Origin: Escherichia phage CLB_P2
Reading direction: 5' to 3' (one strand)
Sequence record: OL770107
DNA length: 64,000 nt
In this document: positions 20,247 to 30,368 of the stretch, piece after piece
Position numbering within the stretch: position 1 is the stretch's first letter
How the letters are laid out: each line of letters begins with the position of its first letter
Translations under genes and position numbers: made by a program
Notes under the pieces: generated by a model
What the model was told of the DNA's origin: nothing
Databases searched by the model: none
What the model saw: the letters and a program-made list of their open reading frames with translations, nothing else

Positions 20247-20440
20247 TGCAACTATTCTTATCACAAACCGTTCAGCTAAAAGGCATAGGTATTCCTGGTA
20301 TGATTTCAAAGGTTTTACCTGCTTTTAAATTAGGTAATGCTACTATTAAAGAAGCCTACACCGTCCTATGGGTCGATGGCACTGAAGACGTTCGCATGGG
20401 TTCTGAATTGTCTGTAATCAAATGTTTGAAGCGAGGATAA
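20246..20440 (+). CDS. hypothetical protein (64 aa)
   Basis: ORF coupled to neighbours. Confidence 0.45.
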   Translation: MQLFLSQTVQLKGIGIPGMISKVLPAFKLGNATIKEAYTVLWVDGTEDVRMGSELSVIKCLKRG

Positions 20441-20441
20441 C

Positions 20442-20654
20442 ATGTTTAGGAAATTGATTCAGAAATTATTAGGTACGGAAATGGTCGAAGTGACTTATCG
20501 TGTAACCGACGTAAGTCCATGGGCCCGGAATATTGAACCATATACTAAAACAATTAAAATGCTGAAATCTGACGGTGGATTATCTATTAAAGACCGTCTT
20601 CCCGGTTATGGACATTGGGCTGATGTCGAAATTATAAGTGTCAAAGATGTCTGA
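20442..20654 (+). CDS. hypothetical protein (70 aa)
   Basis: ORF coupled to neighbours. Confidence 0.45.
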   Translation: MFRKLIQKLLGTEMVEVTYRVTDVSPWARNIEPYTKTIKMLKSDGGLSIKDRLPGYGHWADVEIISVKDV

Positions 20655-21105
20655 GTTAGAAATTAGAAGTAACTTTCCATGGCCATCATGCGCATTAAGT
20701 AACTTTGCTAAATGGCCTTTCGTTATGGATGGTATCCAATTTGGTGGACTCGAAGGATTCCTCCAAGGATGTAAGGTGAAAAATGTTGAACAACAAAAAC
20801 GTATATTTAGGATGTCCGGGTTGGACGCGCAAAAAGCTGGACGAGCTTATGCTAGAGCTGCGGACCGTGGGACGCTTTTCTGGCTTGGAATTCCCTTTTC
20901 AAGATACTCTGCAGCATGGAAAGAGTTGTATACAAATGCATATTTTGAAGCAGCGCTCCAGAACAAAGGATTCCGAGAAGCTTTACAAGCCACTAAAGGT
21001 AAGGTTTTAAAGCATTCAATGGCAAGCCACCTCAAAGAATGTGATACAATACTAACTGAAAAAGAGTTTATCGACATCCTAAACAAATTGAGAGATTTAT
21101 TATGA
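20638..21105 (+). CDS. NADAR / YbiA-like (DUF1768) domain protein (155 aa)
   Basis: Pattern SNFAKWPF..DG..F...EGFLQ..K and ALQATKGKVLKHS parallels E. coli YbiA (SNFAAWPI..DG..W...EHYFQAQKF, ALLATAPAKLVEH) as remembered. Confidence 0.55.
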   Translation: MSKMSELEIRSNFPWPSCALSNFAKWPFVMDGIQFGGLEGFLQGCKVKNVEQQKRIFRMSGLDAQKAGRAYARAADRGTLFWLGIPFSRYSAAWKELYTNAYFEAALQNKGFREALQATKGKVLKHSMASHLKECDTILTEKEFIDILNKLRDLL

Positions 21106-21740
21106 AACCAGTTATCTTAACAGATATCGATGGAGTATGTTTGAGTTGGCAGTCCGGCTTGCCTTATTTCGCACAGAAATATAATTTGCCTTTAGAACAT
21201 ATTTTGAATATGATTCAGGACGAACGTTTCTTATCTCCAGGCGAACTGTTTAATTGTGACGACGAATTAGGCTCACGTTTAATAGAGAAGTATAACCAGT
21301 CAGATTTTATTCGTTATCTGTCCCCTTACATGGACGCATTAAAACACATCAACAAGCTCAAAAAAGACTTCGATTTTGTAGCCGTGACTGCGCTAGGCGA
21401 CTCAATTGACGCTCTGCTGAATAGACAATTCAATTTGAATGCTTTGTTCCCTGGCGCATTCAAGGAGATTCTGATGTGTGGCCATTCAGAATCAAAAGAA
21501 GACCTGTTCATAAGAGCTAAAAATACGTACGGCAAACGCATTAAGTTTTATGTTGACGATTTGGCTCACCACTGTGATGCTGCATCCAATATTCTCATGG
21601 ATATCCAAGTTTATTGGTTAGCCCGTGGTGAACGCGACTTTAAACCTAATTTAGCCGTAAAGGTTAATTCATGGGACGATATCGCAGCTATCGAATCCCT
21701 TCGTAATAATGCAGCAGTTGAATGGATTGCTCGAGGTTAA
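21102..21740 (+). CDS. HAD-superfamily hydrolase-like protein (212 aa)
   Basis: N-terminal motif I-like ILTDIDGV (DxDG) and a downstream YVDD acidic motif; function not determined. Confidence 0.5.
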   Translation: MKPVILTDIDGVCLSWQSGLPYFAQKYNLPLEHILNMIQDERFLSPGELFNCDDELGSRLIEKYNQSDFIRYLSPYMDALKHINKLKKDFDFVAVTALGDSIDALLNRQFNLNALFPGAFKEILMCGHSESKEDLFIRAKNTYGKRIKFYVDDLAHHCDAASNILMDIQVYWLARGERDFKPNLAVKVNSWDDIAAIESLRNNAAVEWIARG

Positions 21741-21741
21741 T

Positions 21742-22014
21742 ATGTTTGTTGTTCATACAATTTCAGGCCATGGCCCTACCACTACAATGGATTATGGTCA
21801 CGTCAATCAGTTCTTTCGTCATCAACCTTTATTTAGGATTGCCAAAGAAAATCCTTTATTTAAAGAATGTGTGGAGCAAGGGTTTATTTACATCAGCAAA
21901 TACGACGTAAATATGTTTTCCACAGGCAATAATAGAATGATTACCTACAATAAACGCCTTGACTTGCTGTTAGAAGAAGTGGCGTATAATAGAAATCAAT
22001 CCGGAAGAAGGTAA
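21742..22014 (+). CDS. hypothetical protein (90 aa)
   Basis: ATG at 21742 two nt after the upstream stop. Confidence 0.45.
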   Translation: MFVVHTISGHGPTTTMDYGHVNQFFRHQPLFRIAKENPLFKECVEQGFIYISKYDVNMFSTGNNRMITYNKRLDLLLEEVAYNRNQSGRR

Positions 22015-22017
22015 ATT

Positions 22018-23523
22018 ATGATTTTAGATATTTTGAACGAAATTGCTGCTATCGATTCTACTAAAGCTAAAGAAGCTATTATTGCACGTGAAAAGGATAA
22101 CGAGCTTCTGAAACGCGTTTATCGTATGGCTTATACCCGTCGTCTGAACTACGGTATTAAAAAGTGGCCAGAACCTGGATTTACGTCTCAGTCCTTTGGT
22201 ATGATTACACTTGAAGACCTTCTTGATTTCGCTGAGTTCACACTAGCAACCCGTAAGATTACAGGTAATGCTGCTATTGAAGAACTTGCCCAAATTATTG
22301 CCGATGCTAAGGGTCAAGATGCCGAGGTATTACGTCGCGTAATGATGCGTGACCTTGAATGTGGTGCATCGATTTCTATTGCTAACAAGGTTTGGAAAGG
22401 TTTAATCCCTGAACAACCTCAAATGTTGGCTAGTTCTTATGACGAAGCCCTGATTAAGAAAAATATTAAATGGCCAGCGTTCGCTCAATTAAAAGCTGAT
22501 GGTGCTCGTTGTTTTGCTGAAGTTCGTAACGACGGGGTAACATTCCTTACTCGCGGTGGTAATGAATATCAAGGGCTTACTAAATTAGCTGAAGAACTTA
22601 TTAAAATGACTGAAGAAGCTCGTCAGCGTCATCCTAATGGTGTTATGATTGACGGTGAATTAGTTTACCATACGCCTAAGGTTGAACCGAAAGCATCTAA
22701 CGATTTGTTTAGTATGTTTGATGAAGAACTTCCAGAATTAAGTAAAGCCAAGGAATTCCAGACAGTCGCCGACCGTTCTACTTCAAATGGTTTGGCTAAT
22801 AAGGCCCTCCAAGGAACCATTACTCCAGCTGAAGCAGATGGTATGGTATTGCAGGCATGGGACTATGTTCCACTGGATGAAGTTTATTCTGAAGGCAAAA
22901 TTAAAGGTCAAAAATACGATGTCCGTTTAGCGGCATTAGTACAAATGGCTGAAGGTTTTACACGTGTCGAGCCTATTGAAACGCAATGGGTTAATAATCT
23001 TGAAGAAGCTAAAGTCGTTTATAAGAAATATGTCGACCAAGGCCTGGAAGGTATTATCCTTAAGAACATGGACTCCTACTGGGAAAACCGCCGTTCTAAG
23101 AATCTTATCAAGTTCAAAGAAGTAATCGATATCGCTTTAGAAGTGGTAGGTTATTATGAACACTCGAAGGACCCTAACAAACTTGGTGGTGTTGAGTTAG
23201 TATCGCGGTGCCGTCGAATTACATCCGACTGTGGTTCAGGCTTTAAAGATACTACCCATAAGAAAGATAAATCGGGTAAAAAGGTATTGATTCCATTAGA
23301 AGACCGACCTGATTTAGACCGTGAACTTCTTATGAAACAAGCTCGTGAAGGTAAGTTGATTGGACGTATTGCTGACTGTGAATGTAATGGTTGGGTTCAT
23401 TCTAAAGGACGTACAGATACTGTAGGTATTTTCCTTCCAATTATTAAAGGTTGGCGTTTCGATAAAACAGAAGCTGATACATTTGAAGATGTATTTGGCG
23501 ATTGGTCTCAAACTGGACTATAA
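22018..23523 (+). CDS. 30: ATP-dependent DNA ligase (501 aa)
   Basis: Strong match to remembered T4 DNA ligase (MIL.ILNEIA, catalytic lysine motif QLKADGARCFAE, RDLECGAS, EGIILKN, CECNGW). Confidence 0.95.
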   Translation: MILDILNEIAAIDSTKAKEAIIAREKDNELLKRVYRMAYTRRLNYGIKKWPEPGFTSQSFGMITLEDLLDFAEFTLATRKITGNAAIEELAQIIADAKGQDAEVLRRVMMRDLECGASISIANKVWKGLIPEQPQMLASSYDEALIKKNIKWPAFAQLKADGARCFAEVRNDGVTFLTRGGNEYQGLTKLAEELIKMTEEARQRHPNGVMIDGELVYHTPKVEPKASNDLFSMFDEELPELSKAKEFQTVADRSTSNGLANKALQGTITPAEADGMVLQAWDYVPLDEVYSEGKIKGQKYDVRLAALVQMAEGFTRVEPIETQWVNNLEEAKVVYKKYVDQGLEGIILKNMDSYWENRRSKNLIKFKEVIDIALEVVGYYEHSKDPNKLGGVELVSRCRRITSDCGSGFKDTTHKKDKSGKKVLIPLEDRPDLDRELLMKQAREGKLIGRIADCECNGWVHSKGRTDTVGIFLPIIKGWRFDKTEADTFEDVFGDWSQTGL

Positions 23524-23524
23524 T

Positions 23525-23698
23525 ATGAAAGCTTATTTAGAAACAATTGTAATATCGCATACTACGGCGGCCCCAGCCGTTTCTCAAACCATTTTAGAAT
23601 TCACAGATGAAGCCGCATATAATAAATTTATTGAAGTCTTTGATGGCTATGAAAAAGGCCCGACATTCGAAGTATATCGTACGTTGCTACCACTTTAA
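23525..23698 (+). CDS. hypothetical protein (57 aa)
   Basis: ATG one nt after the ligase stop; followed by a terminator. Confidence 0.4.
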   Translation: MKAYLETIVISHTTAAPAVSQTILEFTDEAAYNKFIEVFDGYEKGPTFEVYRTLLPL

Positions 23699-23716
23699 GG
23701 CCTTCGGGCCTTTTAT
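23698..23716 (+). terminator. rho-independent terminator
   Basis: AGGCC-TTCG-GGCCT hairpin followed by TTTTAT. Confidence 0.6.
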
Positions 23717-23748
23717 GGCATAAATACGGTTATTAAAGAGGAATTATT

Positions 23749-25809
23749 ATGACCGAACAATTGAATGAGGTGTTTGAGTCCGAAGGCACCCTGCCTACTG
23801 TAAACTTAAACCCAAAACTTAAAGTACCCCAGATTTGGAAGATTGGCGATGCTGAATCCCAATTGGTTGCTCGTATGGTATCTTATGCCTCTGAAGGCGA
23901 TGCTATTAAACAGGTTAAATTAGGTGATAAATACGCCCACGTTATCCTTATGAGCCTTTCAGCTAAAGGTTCTCCAGCCGAACTTAAAGGCGGCCTAGGC
24001 CCTACTCCTATTGATGCTATCAATACCATTTTCGACGTAGTATTCGAACAAGTTAAAAAGCTTCGTATGGATGCAGTGATGTTCCGTTTTCCAACCAAGA
24101 AAATGAAAGGACAAGGCCCTATTGTCCAACGGATTATCCAACGTTTGGTAGCACAGAAAACCGGTGGACGTTTTAAAGTAGTTCCTGCTATGTACCAATT
24201 TACCGGTAAACATACTTATATCCTAGTAGTTCGTAAACAAGCTGATATCGAAGATATCAAAGGTATGCCAGGAATTAATTCCGAATTATACACTAAGGTA
24301 GATTCTGATGTCGGTGAAGTTTATATTTCTAAAAAAGAAGGCGTACAGGTTACTAAAGAAACTGCTATTGCCGGCAGTATTGCCAAAGTTGAAGAACGTC
24401 GCACTGATAAAATGGTTATAACCAAGACTAAGATTTCTCGTCGCGCTATTGCAGCAAGCCAGTCTTTAGAATCCTATCGTAATGAAAGTGAACTGTTTAA
24501 GAAATATGAAGCCACTGCCGCTGATTTTAATAAACCGGCAACAGCTCCATTAATCCCTGAGGCCCAGGAAATGGTCACCAATAACAATTCTCCTGCGGCT
24601 AAAAATAAAGTTGCTAATATAGTAGCTGAAGGCACTGCTGAAGAGTTGCATTACGATTATAAAATGTTTCCTCTTCACGGTATAGGTGAAATCCAAGAGA
24701 AAATTAAAGAGAAAATCCTTACAGCCATCAAAAACGAACCTTTGACATCTGTTAAAGCTCTAGAAAAATATGCCTCTGTTATTAATACAGTTTTTGAAGA
24801 ATATAAAGGCGAATGGCTGGCTATACATAACAAAACTCGTAAAGGTCAACCTGACGACGTCTGGAATGAATTAACCGAGTCCAAGTGGAAAGCCGCTAAG
24901 ACCAAGTTCATTAAAAAACGTGTTTATAGTTTTGCTGGTGTAGGTGGCGGTATTATGGTTGATATTACTTTAGGTCATAGTGCAGATAAATACACCCCTT
25001 CTCAAAAACGTGGTATTCGTGAATATTGTGGCTCCGGATATGGCGATATCAATAACCTTCTTTTAGGACGATATAATCCTCAGAACTATGAAGTTATGAG
25101 CGAAAAAGATATCGAATCTGCAGTTAATAATTTGGATTCTGCTTTTGAAAACGGTGATAGATTACCTGAAGGCATCACAGTTTATCGTGCACAGAGTATG
25201 ACGTGGGCCATATATAATGCTTTAGTCAAAAATAAAGTATTCTATTTTAGAAACTTTGTATCAACTTCACTGACCCCTATTATTTTCGGTCGTTTTGGTG
25301 TTACTCATGCCGGTGTAGGTCTTTTAGAGCCTGAAGTTAGAGCCGAACTTACTGTAGATAAAAATGATGAAGGTTATACTAAGGTCCAAGGTTCCGGCGA
25401 CAAATTGGTTAAAGTTGGTTGGGCCATTGACGGTGCTTCTAAAGTTAACGTGGTATTCCCAGGACAACTTGGTATTGCTACTGAAGCTGAAATCATTCTT
25501 CCGCGCGGACTAATGGTAAAAATTAATAAGATAACAGATGCATCTAATAATGATGGTATAATATCCAACAATACAAAACTCATTCAAGCTGAAGTTATGA
25601 CATCAGATGAGCTTCAAGAATCTGTAGTGTATGATGGTGACGTACTAATGGAAACCGGTGAATTGGTTGTATACCAAGATGACTTCGATACTTCCGAAAG
25701 CCCTGTATCTTTTGATTCATTTGTTAAATCTACACGGTTTGACGTACTGCCTCTTTTGGCTTCATGCATAGACCTCTATGACATACCAGAAAAATTCATC
25801 CAAGGGTAA
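23749..25809 (+). CDS. alt: Alt-like ADP-ribosyltransferase, copy 1 (686 aa)
   Basis: R-S-E ADP-ribosyltransferase signature (YRAQ, FVSTSL, EAEIILPRG); size near T4 Alt; position between ligase and gene 54. Confidence 0.85.
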   Translation: MTEQLNEVFESEGTLPTVNLNPKLKVPQIWKIGDAESQLVARMVSYASEGDAIKQVKLGDKYAHVILMSLSAKGSPAELKGGLGPTPIDAINTIFDVVFEQVKKLRMDAVMFRFPTKKMKGQGPIVQRIIQRLVAQKTGGRFKVVPAMYQFTGKHTYILVVRKQADIEDIKGMPGINSELYTKVDSDVGEVYISKKEGVQVTKETAIAGSIAKVEERRTDKMVITKTKISRRAIAASQSLESYRNESELFKKYEATAADFNKPATAPLIPEAQEMVTNNNSPAAKNKVANIVAEGTAEELHYDYKMFPLHGIGEIQEKIKEKILTAIKNEPLTSVKALEKYASVINTVFEEYKGEWLAIHNKTRKGQPDDVWNELTESKWKAAKTKFIKKRVYSFAGVGGGIMVDITLGHSADKYTPSQKRGIREYCGSGYGDINNLLLGRYNPQNYEVMSEKDIESAVNNLDSAFENGDRLPEGITVYRAQSMTWAIYNALVKNKVFYFRNFVSTSLTPIIFGRFGVTHAGVGLLEPEVRAELTVDKNDEGYTKVQGSGDKLVKVGWAIDGASKVNVVFPGQLGIATEAEIILPRGLMVKINKITDASNNDGIISNNTKLIQAEVMTSDELQESVVYDGDVLMETGELVVYQDDFDTSESPVSFDSFVKSTRFDVLPLLASCIDLYDIPEKFIQG

Positions 25810-25812
25810 ATA

Positions 25813-27936
25813 ATGGAAAATTTAAACGAAGTTTTTGATAGTGATTCCGCTAAAAACTATCCAGTAACAAATCTTAAGCCAGGCTCAGGTATCCCACAGA
25901 TTTTCTCTATCCAAGCACCAGGTAATGATAACCTGGTTGCTCGTATGGTATCTTATGCGTCTCAAGGAGACGCTATTAAAATGGTTAAGCCTGGCGACAA
26001 ATATGTCCACGTTATTCTAATGAGTTTGTCAAGCAAGGGTGCTCCGGCTGAACTCAAAGGTGGGCTTGGTTCCGACCCGCTTGGTGCATTGAATACTATT
26101 TTCGATACGATATATGAACAAGTAAACAAACTTAAAATGGATGCAGTTTTGTTCCGTTTCCCTACCAAGAAAATGAAAGGTAAGGGTCCTACTGTTCAGC
26201 GGGTATTAGCTCGTTTGGTGATGGCACGTACCGGTGGTAAGTTTAAAGTTGTTGATAACATGTTCCAATTCAGTGGAAAACATACCTATGTTCTTTTAGT
26301 ACGTCGCGGCACTAATATCGAAGATATCAAGGGTATGCCTGAAATTGATGCTGACCTTTATACCAAGGTTGAGTCTAAAGTTGGTGAAGTTTATGTTTCT
26401 AAGAAAACTGGCCGGGCCGTAAGTAAGGTCGAAGCCGTGGCGGCATCTATTGCACAGGTTGAAGAGAAACGTACCGATAAGGCTGTTATCTCTCGTACTA
26501 AGATTTCTCGTCGTATGGCTGCAGCAGCACAGTATTCTACTGCCGAACCTGAAACTTTATCCCCTAAAGAATTGCAGGTTTATAATGAGTTTGAAGCTTC
26601 TGTACCTGTTCATTCGGCTGAAGGTCCTGAGAACGAAGGTATTGAACAAATTAGCCAGAACTTTAAAAAAGGTGCTATTACTAAAATGCGTCAGGCCTCT
26701 CAGTTTAAATCTAAGAGTGAGGACCTTGCCAACTTTAGATACACCATTGCTCTCACACACGCTTTAATGACTGATAGTAAATTTAAACTAAATTATGCTA
26801 ATAGAGATAAACAAGGGTTTGAAATTTACTCTAATAATATGGCATTTTTTAATACGGAAGTCGATAGACTTTTAAGCGGCCTTTCTCAAATCAATACTAC
26901 CAATAGTCTGGATATTATTAAGAGAATTGTTAATAACCTGAGTGCCCGTTTTCAGGGGTCTCCTTCAGAGAAAGCATCCCGAATTGCTTTCGCTATGGAA
27001 GCCGTTTATAAACTGATTAACGATTCTATTAGCGATGCATATGCTTATTCAGGCGAGCTCATTAAACCTAAGGGCTTGACCAAAGACGAAAGTAATGCCA
27101 TTATTGAATATTGTGCGGCTGAATATGCTCCTATGAACTTATTCCTTTTAGGTAAACCTGAATCCGAAAACAATACAACAGCTATTAAATTGATTAAGGA
27201 TTTAGACTCAGCATTTACCAAGGGTATTAAACTTCCTAAAGGTACTATTTTGTATCGTGGTCAGGATTTACCATACAAAATTCTGCGCCATAATATTGAT
27301 AACAAAACCTTTTACTTTAAGAACTTTGTATCCGCTTCATTAAAGCCTAATATCTTTGGTGAATTTGGTAAAAATTATATGGCCCTCGACAACCAAGCAG
27401 TTTTTGTTGGTGATGAAGGTTCTTTATCCTCCGCCGATGAGTTGTTTAAATTGGCCAGTGGTAGTTCATCTGACGTAGGTGAAGTTGATGATGAAGAGGT
27501 AGAATGGGAAGAAGACGAGTTTGGTAATCCAATTGCACCTGAAGGCCCTGCAGACAGGATTGCTGAAATTGGTATGGTTATTCGAGGTGCTGAAGCAGTT
27601 AAAGTTATCGCTCCTGGTGACCTTACAGAATATGCCGAAGAAGCGGAAATTATCCTTCCGCGCGGATTATTGTTGAAGGTTGATAAAGTAGCAGCTTTTG
27701 CTATGAATGATAGGGTATCTCACAAATACCTTATGGAAGCTACAGTGACATCTCCTTCAGAACTCAGTGAGTCCGTTTACGATGGTGACCATCTGATGGA
27801 AACCGGCGAAGTTAAATTGATGAATGGGTTTAAAGAATTCCTAGTTTCAGAATCTGTTTCAGAAAGTAACGAGGCTATGGAAATCCTTGCTGCATCTTTG
27901 GACATCTCTTCTTTACCAAATAAATTCAAAATGTAG
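25813..27936 (+). CDS. Alt-like ADP-ribosyltransferase, copy 2 (707 aa), tandem paralog
   Basis: Shares the first ~220 aa with copy 1 (LVARMVSYAS.GDAIK, HVILMSLS.KG.PAELKGGLG, FRFPTKKMKG.GP) and the motifs YRGQ, FVSASL, EAEIILPRG; central region divergent with an acidic insert. Confidence 0.85.
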   Translation: MENLNEVFDSDSAKNYPVTNLKPGSGIPQIFSIQAPGNDNLVARMVSYASQGDAIKMVKPGDKYVHVILMSLSSKGAPAELKGGLGSDPLGALNTIFDTIYEQVNKLKMDAVLFRFPTKKMKGKGPTVQRVLARLVMARTGGKFKVVDNMFQFSGKHTYVLLVRRGTNIEDIKGMPEIDADLYTKVESKVGEVYVSKKTGRAVSKVEAVAASIAQVEEKRTDKAVISRTKISRRMAAAAQYSTAEPETLSPKELQVYNEFEASVPVHSAEGPENEGIEQISQNFKKGAITKMRQASQFKSKSEDLANFRYTIALTHALMTDSKFKLNYANRDKQGFEIYSNNMAFFNTEVDRLLSGLSQINTTNSLDIIKRIVNNLSARFQGSPSEKASRIAFAMEAVYKLINDSISDAYAYSGELIKPKGLTKDESNAIIEYCAAEYAPMNLFLLGKPESENNTTAIKLIKDLDSAFTKGIKLPKGTILYRGQDLPYKILRHNIDNKTFYFKNFVSASLKPNIFGEFGKNYMALDNQAVFVGDEGSLSSADELFKLASGSSSDVGEVDDEEVEWEEDEFGNPIAPEGPADRIAEIGMVIRGAEAVKVIAPGDLTEYAEEAEIILPRGLLLKVDKVAAFAMNDRVSHKYLMEATVTSPSELSESVYDGDHLMETGEVKLMNGFKEFLVSESVSESNEAMEILAASLDISSLPNKFKM

Positions 27937-27965
27937 TTTACAACACCACAAGGATGTGGTACTAT
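27936..27965 (+). promoter_or_regulatory. early-type promoter
   Basis: GTTTAC 27936-27941, TACTAT 27960-27965; CCACA-AGGA-TGTGG hairpin in the spacer. Confidence 0.45.
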
Positions 27966-27993
27966 TACCTTACACAAACATGAGGAGAACATT

Positions 27994-28284
27994 ATGAAAT
28001 CTGCATTCCGTTTTAATGGTCAAGAACTGGTAGTTGAAAACGTTATCCCTGCTTCTGAAGAGTTCGACAGTGCAGTAGGTAATGAATTACGTCGAGTTTT
28101 CGGCGAAGACAAACAGTTCGACTTACGCCCGGTTGAAAATTTTTCACAACCTGAGCAAACCGAAAATATTTTTAATGGTGTAGTAACCGGTCAGCTTGAA
28201 TCTGAAGCTCCTATTTCTATCACGGTCTTTGTTAAAAAGCAGCCATTAATGACCGCTGCAGGTTTTATCTCGTTCCGTAAATAA
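27994..28284 (+). CDS. hypothetical protein (96 aa)
   Basis: ORF with SD GAGGAGAA, followed by a terminator. Confidence 0.55.
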   Translation: MKSAFRFNGQELVVENVIPASEEFDSAVGNELRRVFGEDKQFDLRPVENFSQPEQTENIFNGVVTGQLESEAPISITVFVKKQPLMTAAGFISFRK

Positions 28285-28292
28285 ACCCCTAA

Positions 28293-28318
28293 AGGAGAGC
28301 GTAAGCTCTCCTTTTTTG
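28293..28318. terminator. bidirectional terminator between the early block and gene 54
   Basis: GGAGAGC-GTAA-GCTCTCC hairpin with a T-run on the plus side and an A-rich plus-strand flank (T-rich on the minus strand). Confidence 0.6.
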
Positions 28319-29272
28319 TTATAACAACCTGGATACTCCATTATTAATAGCACGCCCACCAAATGTATTAACCAACCCGGTCAATCCACTAGAAGCTCCT
28401 GAAAGTCTACTTAATTTAGCTACAGAAGAACTTAATGAGTTACTCTCACTTATACCTGCTACGCCTTTAAGGACTTTATCTTCCAGCCATTCATAAGCAG
28501 CTTGTTTACCGACTGCACCCGTCTGTACACTTCTATAAGCAAATGTAACATCAAACGAAGCAATCTGGTTATCGCCATCATAAGATAATTCCGGCGATGA
28601 AACACTTACAGGAACACATCCATTAAGCATTACTACCGTATGTGGCAATCCATTACGAGAATGAAGGTTGACTTGGATATCGGCTTCAACATCCTCTGGC
28701 AATGCTCTTAATTGTGTAATAGGGTCTTGGACACTGTTGACCCAATCATTAAAAGCACGGTAGTTAGCAGCTTCAGAATCCATACGGAAGCTTAATACCA
28801 ATGGAGAATATTCTCTTCCGGTAATTTTGATATTAGGCGAGTTGTGATTCAAATCCATTTCATAGTTCAAAGTATTATCTGGGATTTTAACAGCATGGAC
28901 TAAAAGACCTGCCGTAGGATAAGCCATATTGAAAAAATCCATCAGATAAGTCCCGACTTCAAACTCACCTAGTAAGCTCTGCACAACCCTGGATGACATA
29001 GCACCAATCAGATATTTACTTATGCCTGACTTACGAATCAACTTCTGAGTGCCCGCGGTCACTAATGTCGTAACACCTTGAGTCAACTCTCCTTGAGTAA
29101 TTCCAAACAAATCAGTGTTCAATGGGATATTGTTAAATAAAGCTCCACCGAACTGGTCGAGGAGCGCTTGGGATTTAGAAGAAGGAACTGTAGCAAATAC
29201 TACACTAAACAGGTTATTCCTCTGTAGGTCAATATTAATTGCCTGGTTTTGAAATTCTTGTAAAGTATACAT
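28319..29272 (-). CDS. 54: baseplate tail tube initiator gp54 (317 aa)
   Basis: Matches remembered T4 gp54 (MYTL.EF.NQA.NID.QR.N.FS.VFAT.PS.KSQ.LLDQFGG); T4 gene order. Confidence 0.9.
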   Translation of the reverse strand: MYTLQEFQNQAINIDLQRNNLFSVVFATVPSSKSQALLDQFGGALFNNIPLNTDLFGITQGELTQGVTTLVTAGTQKLIRKSGISKYLIGAMSSRVVQSLLGEFEVGTYLMDFFNMAYPTAGLLVHAVKIPDNTLNYEMDLNHNSPNIKITGREYSPLVLSFRMDSEAANYRAFNDWVNSVQDPITQLRALPEDVEADIQVNLHSRNGLPHTVVMLNGCVPVSVSSPELSYDGDNQIASFDVTFAYRSVQTGAVGKQAAYEWLEDKVLKGVAGISESNSLSSSVAKLSRLSGASSGLTGLVNTFGGRAINNGVSRLL

Positions 29273-30366
29273 TAGAATCCTTCCGTATAAAGTGAGCCAC
29301 GGTTCAAAGTAATGATTTCACGGAAAGTAACTTCTAAACTAAACGTAGATGGTAAGTTAGGAGCAATAGCCAAACCGTTAAAATGTCCATCAGGAGTTTT
29401 ATCAAATCGTATACTTTGGATTTGGCAGGGTCCGAAAATATCTTCACGGCCATCGTATGAACTACTATCACCAAAGTTTCGAATATACCAAATAGTTGGG
29501 TTACTTACCACAATAACATTAGAAAGGAAGCTCGTAATACCTTCGCCTAATAGTTTGCCGTCAAAGTTATCAATAGCTTCTTTTTTAAATGTGGAACGGT
29601 ACCAAGTATCAATCTTCTCTTTTAATTCACCGGCGAAGGCAGAGTTACCGGTTTCACCATAAGAATAGTAATTAAAGATTTCGTATATTTTAATAATCTG
29701 AATAAGGTCTTGGGCGTTTCTAGGGGTCATTTCCCAAGTAAATACCTTAGTACGGTTATCTGGCCCTGCATACATACTACGGGCGGTTGTGTATATTTGC
29801 TCACCTGAATCGGCCATTACGCCGTTAGTTACGGATTCCAATGCTCCAAATACAGCAGTACTGGCAACGTTACTCAAAATACCGGTAGCAGTACCACCAC
29901 CTTTAGTAATTAATGATTCGCCTACATCATTAAATTTATGGGTAACCGAATCAACATCAGATTTAGAACGTGGGAGCAAAATATTGGCTAAAGCCTGGCT
30001 ATCAAATTTAACTCCTTTAGAGTTGTTACTAAACAAGTTTTTAACCGCACTGAATCCTCCGGTATTACCGGTAAGTTTACTAGCGGCTTTTGAAAACTTT
30101 TTAGTCATTTGGCTTGAACGGTCATTACGCAAATCGGGTGATACACGAGAGCTAAAATTATATGCTGTAAAAAGTAGCCCGTTTTTATATAAATCGCTTA
30201 ACACCATATCCGTAGAGGTGTCATTACCAGAGGCCCTTTCTGCTGGGTATTGGGCCGTTACTGTAGTTTGGACCGGTTTAGCTTTAGACTGGCCGGCGGA
30301 GGTCTTTGAACCTCCTTTAAACAAGGAGGCTACGTCAATGTCAATTTCTTTTACTTTCATTATCAA
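29272..30366 (-). CDS. 48: baseplate tail tube cap gp48 (364 aa)
   Basis: Same length as T4 gp48 and position between 54 and 29. Confidence 0.85.
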   Translation of the reverse strand: MIMKVKEIDIDVASLFKGGSKTSAGQSKAKPVQTTVTAQYPAERASGNDTSTDMVLSDLYKNGLLFTAYNFSSRVSPDLRNDRSSQMTKKFSKAASKLTGNTGGFSAVKNLFSNNSKGVKFDSQALANILLPRSKSDVDSVTHKFNDVGESLITKGGGTATGILSNVASTAVFGALESVTNGVMADSGEQIYTTARSMYAGPDNRTKVFTWEMTPRNAQDLIQIIKIYEIFNYYSYGETGNSAFAGELKEKIDTWYRSTFKKEAIDNFDGKLLGEGITSFLSNVIVVSNPTIWYIRNFGDSSSYDGREDIFGPCQIQSIRFDKTPDGHFNGLAIAPNLPSTFSLEVTFREIITLNRGSLYTEGF

Positions 30367-30368
30367 TC

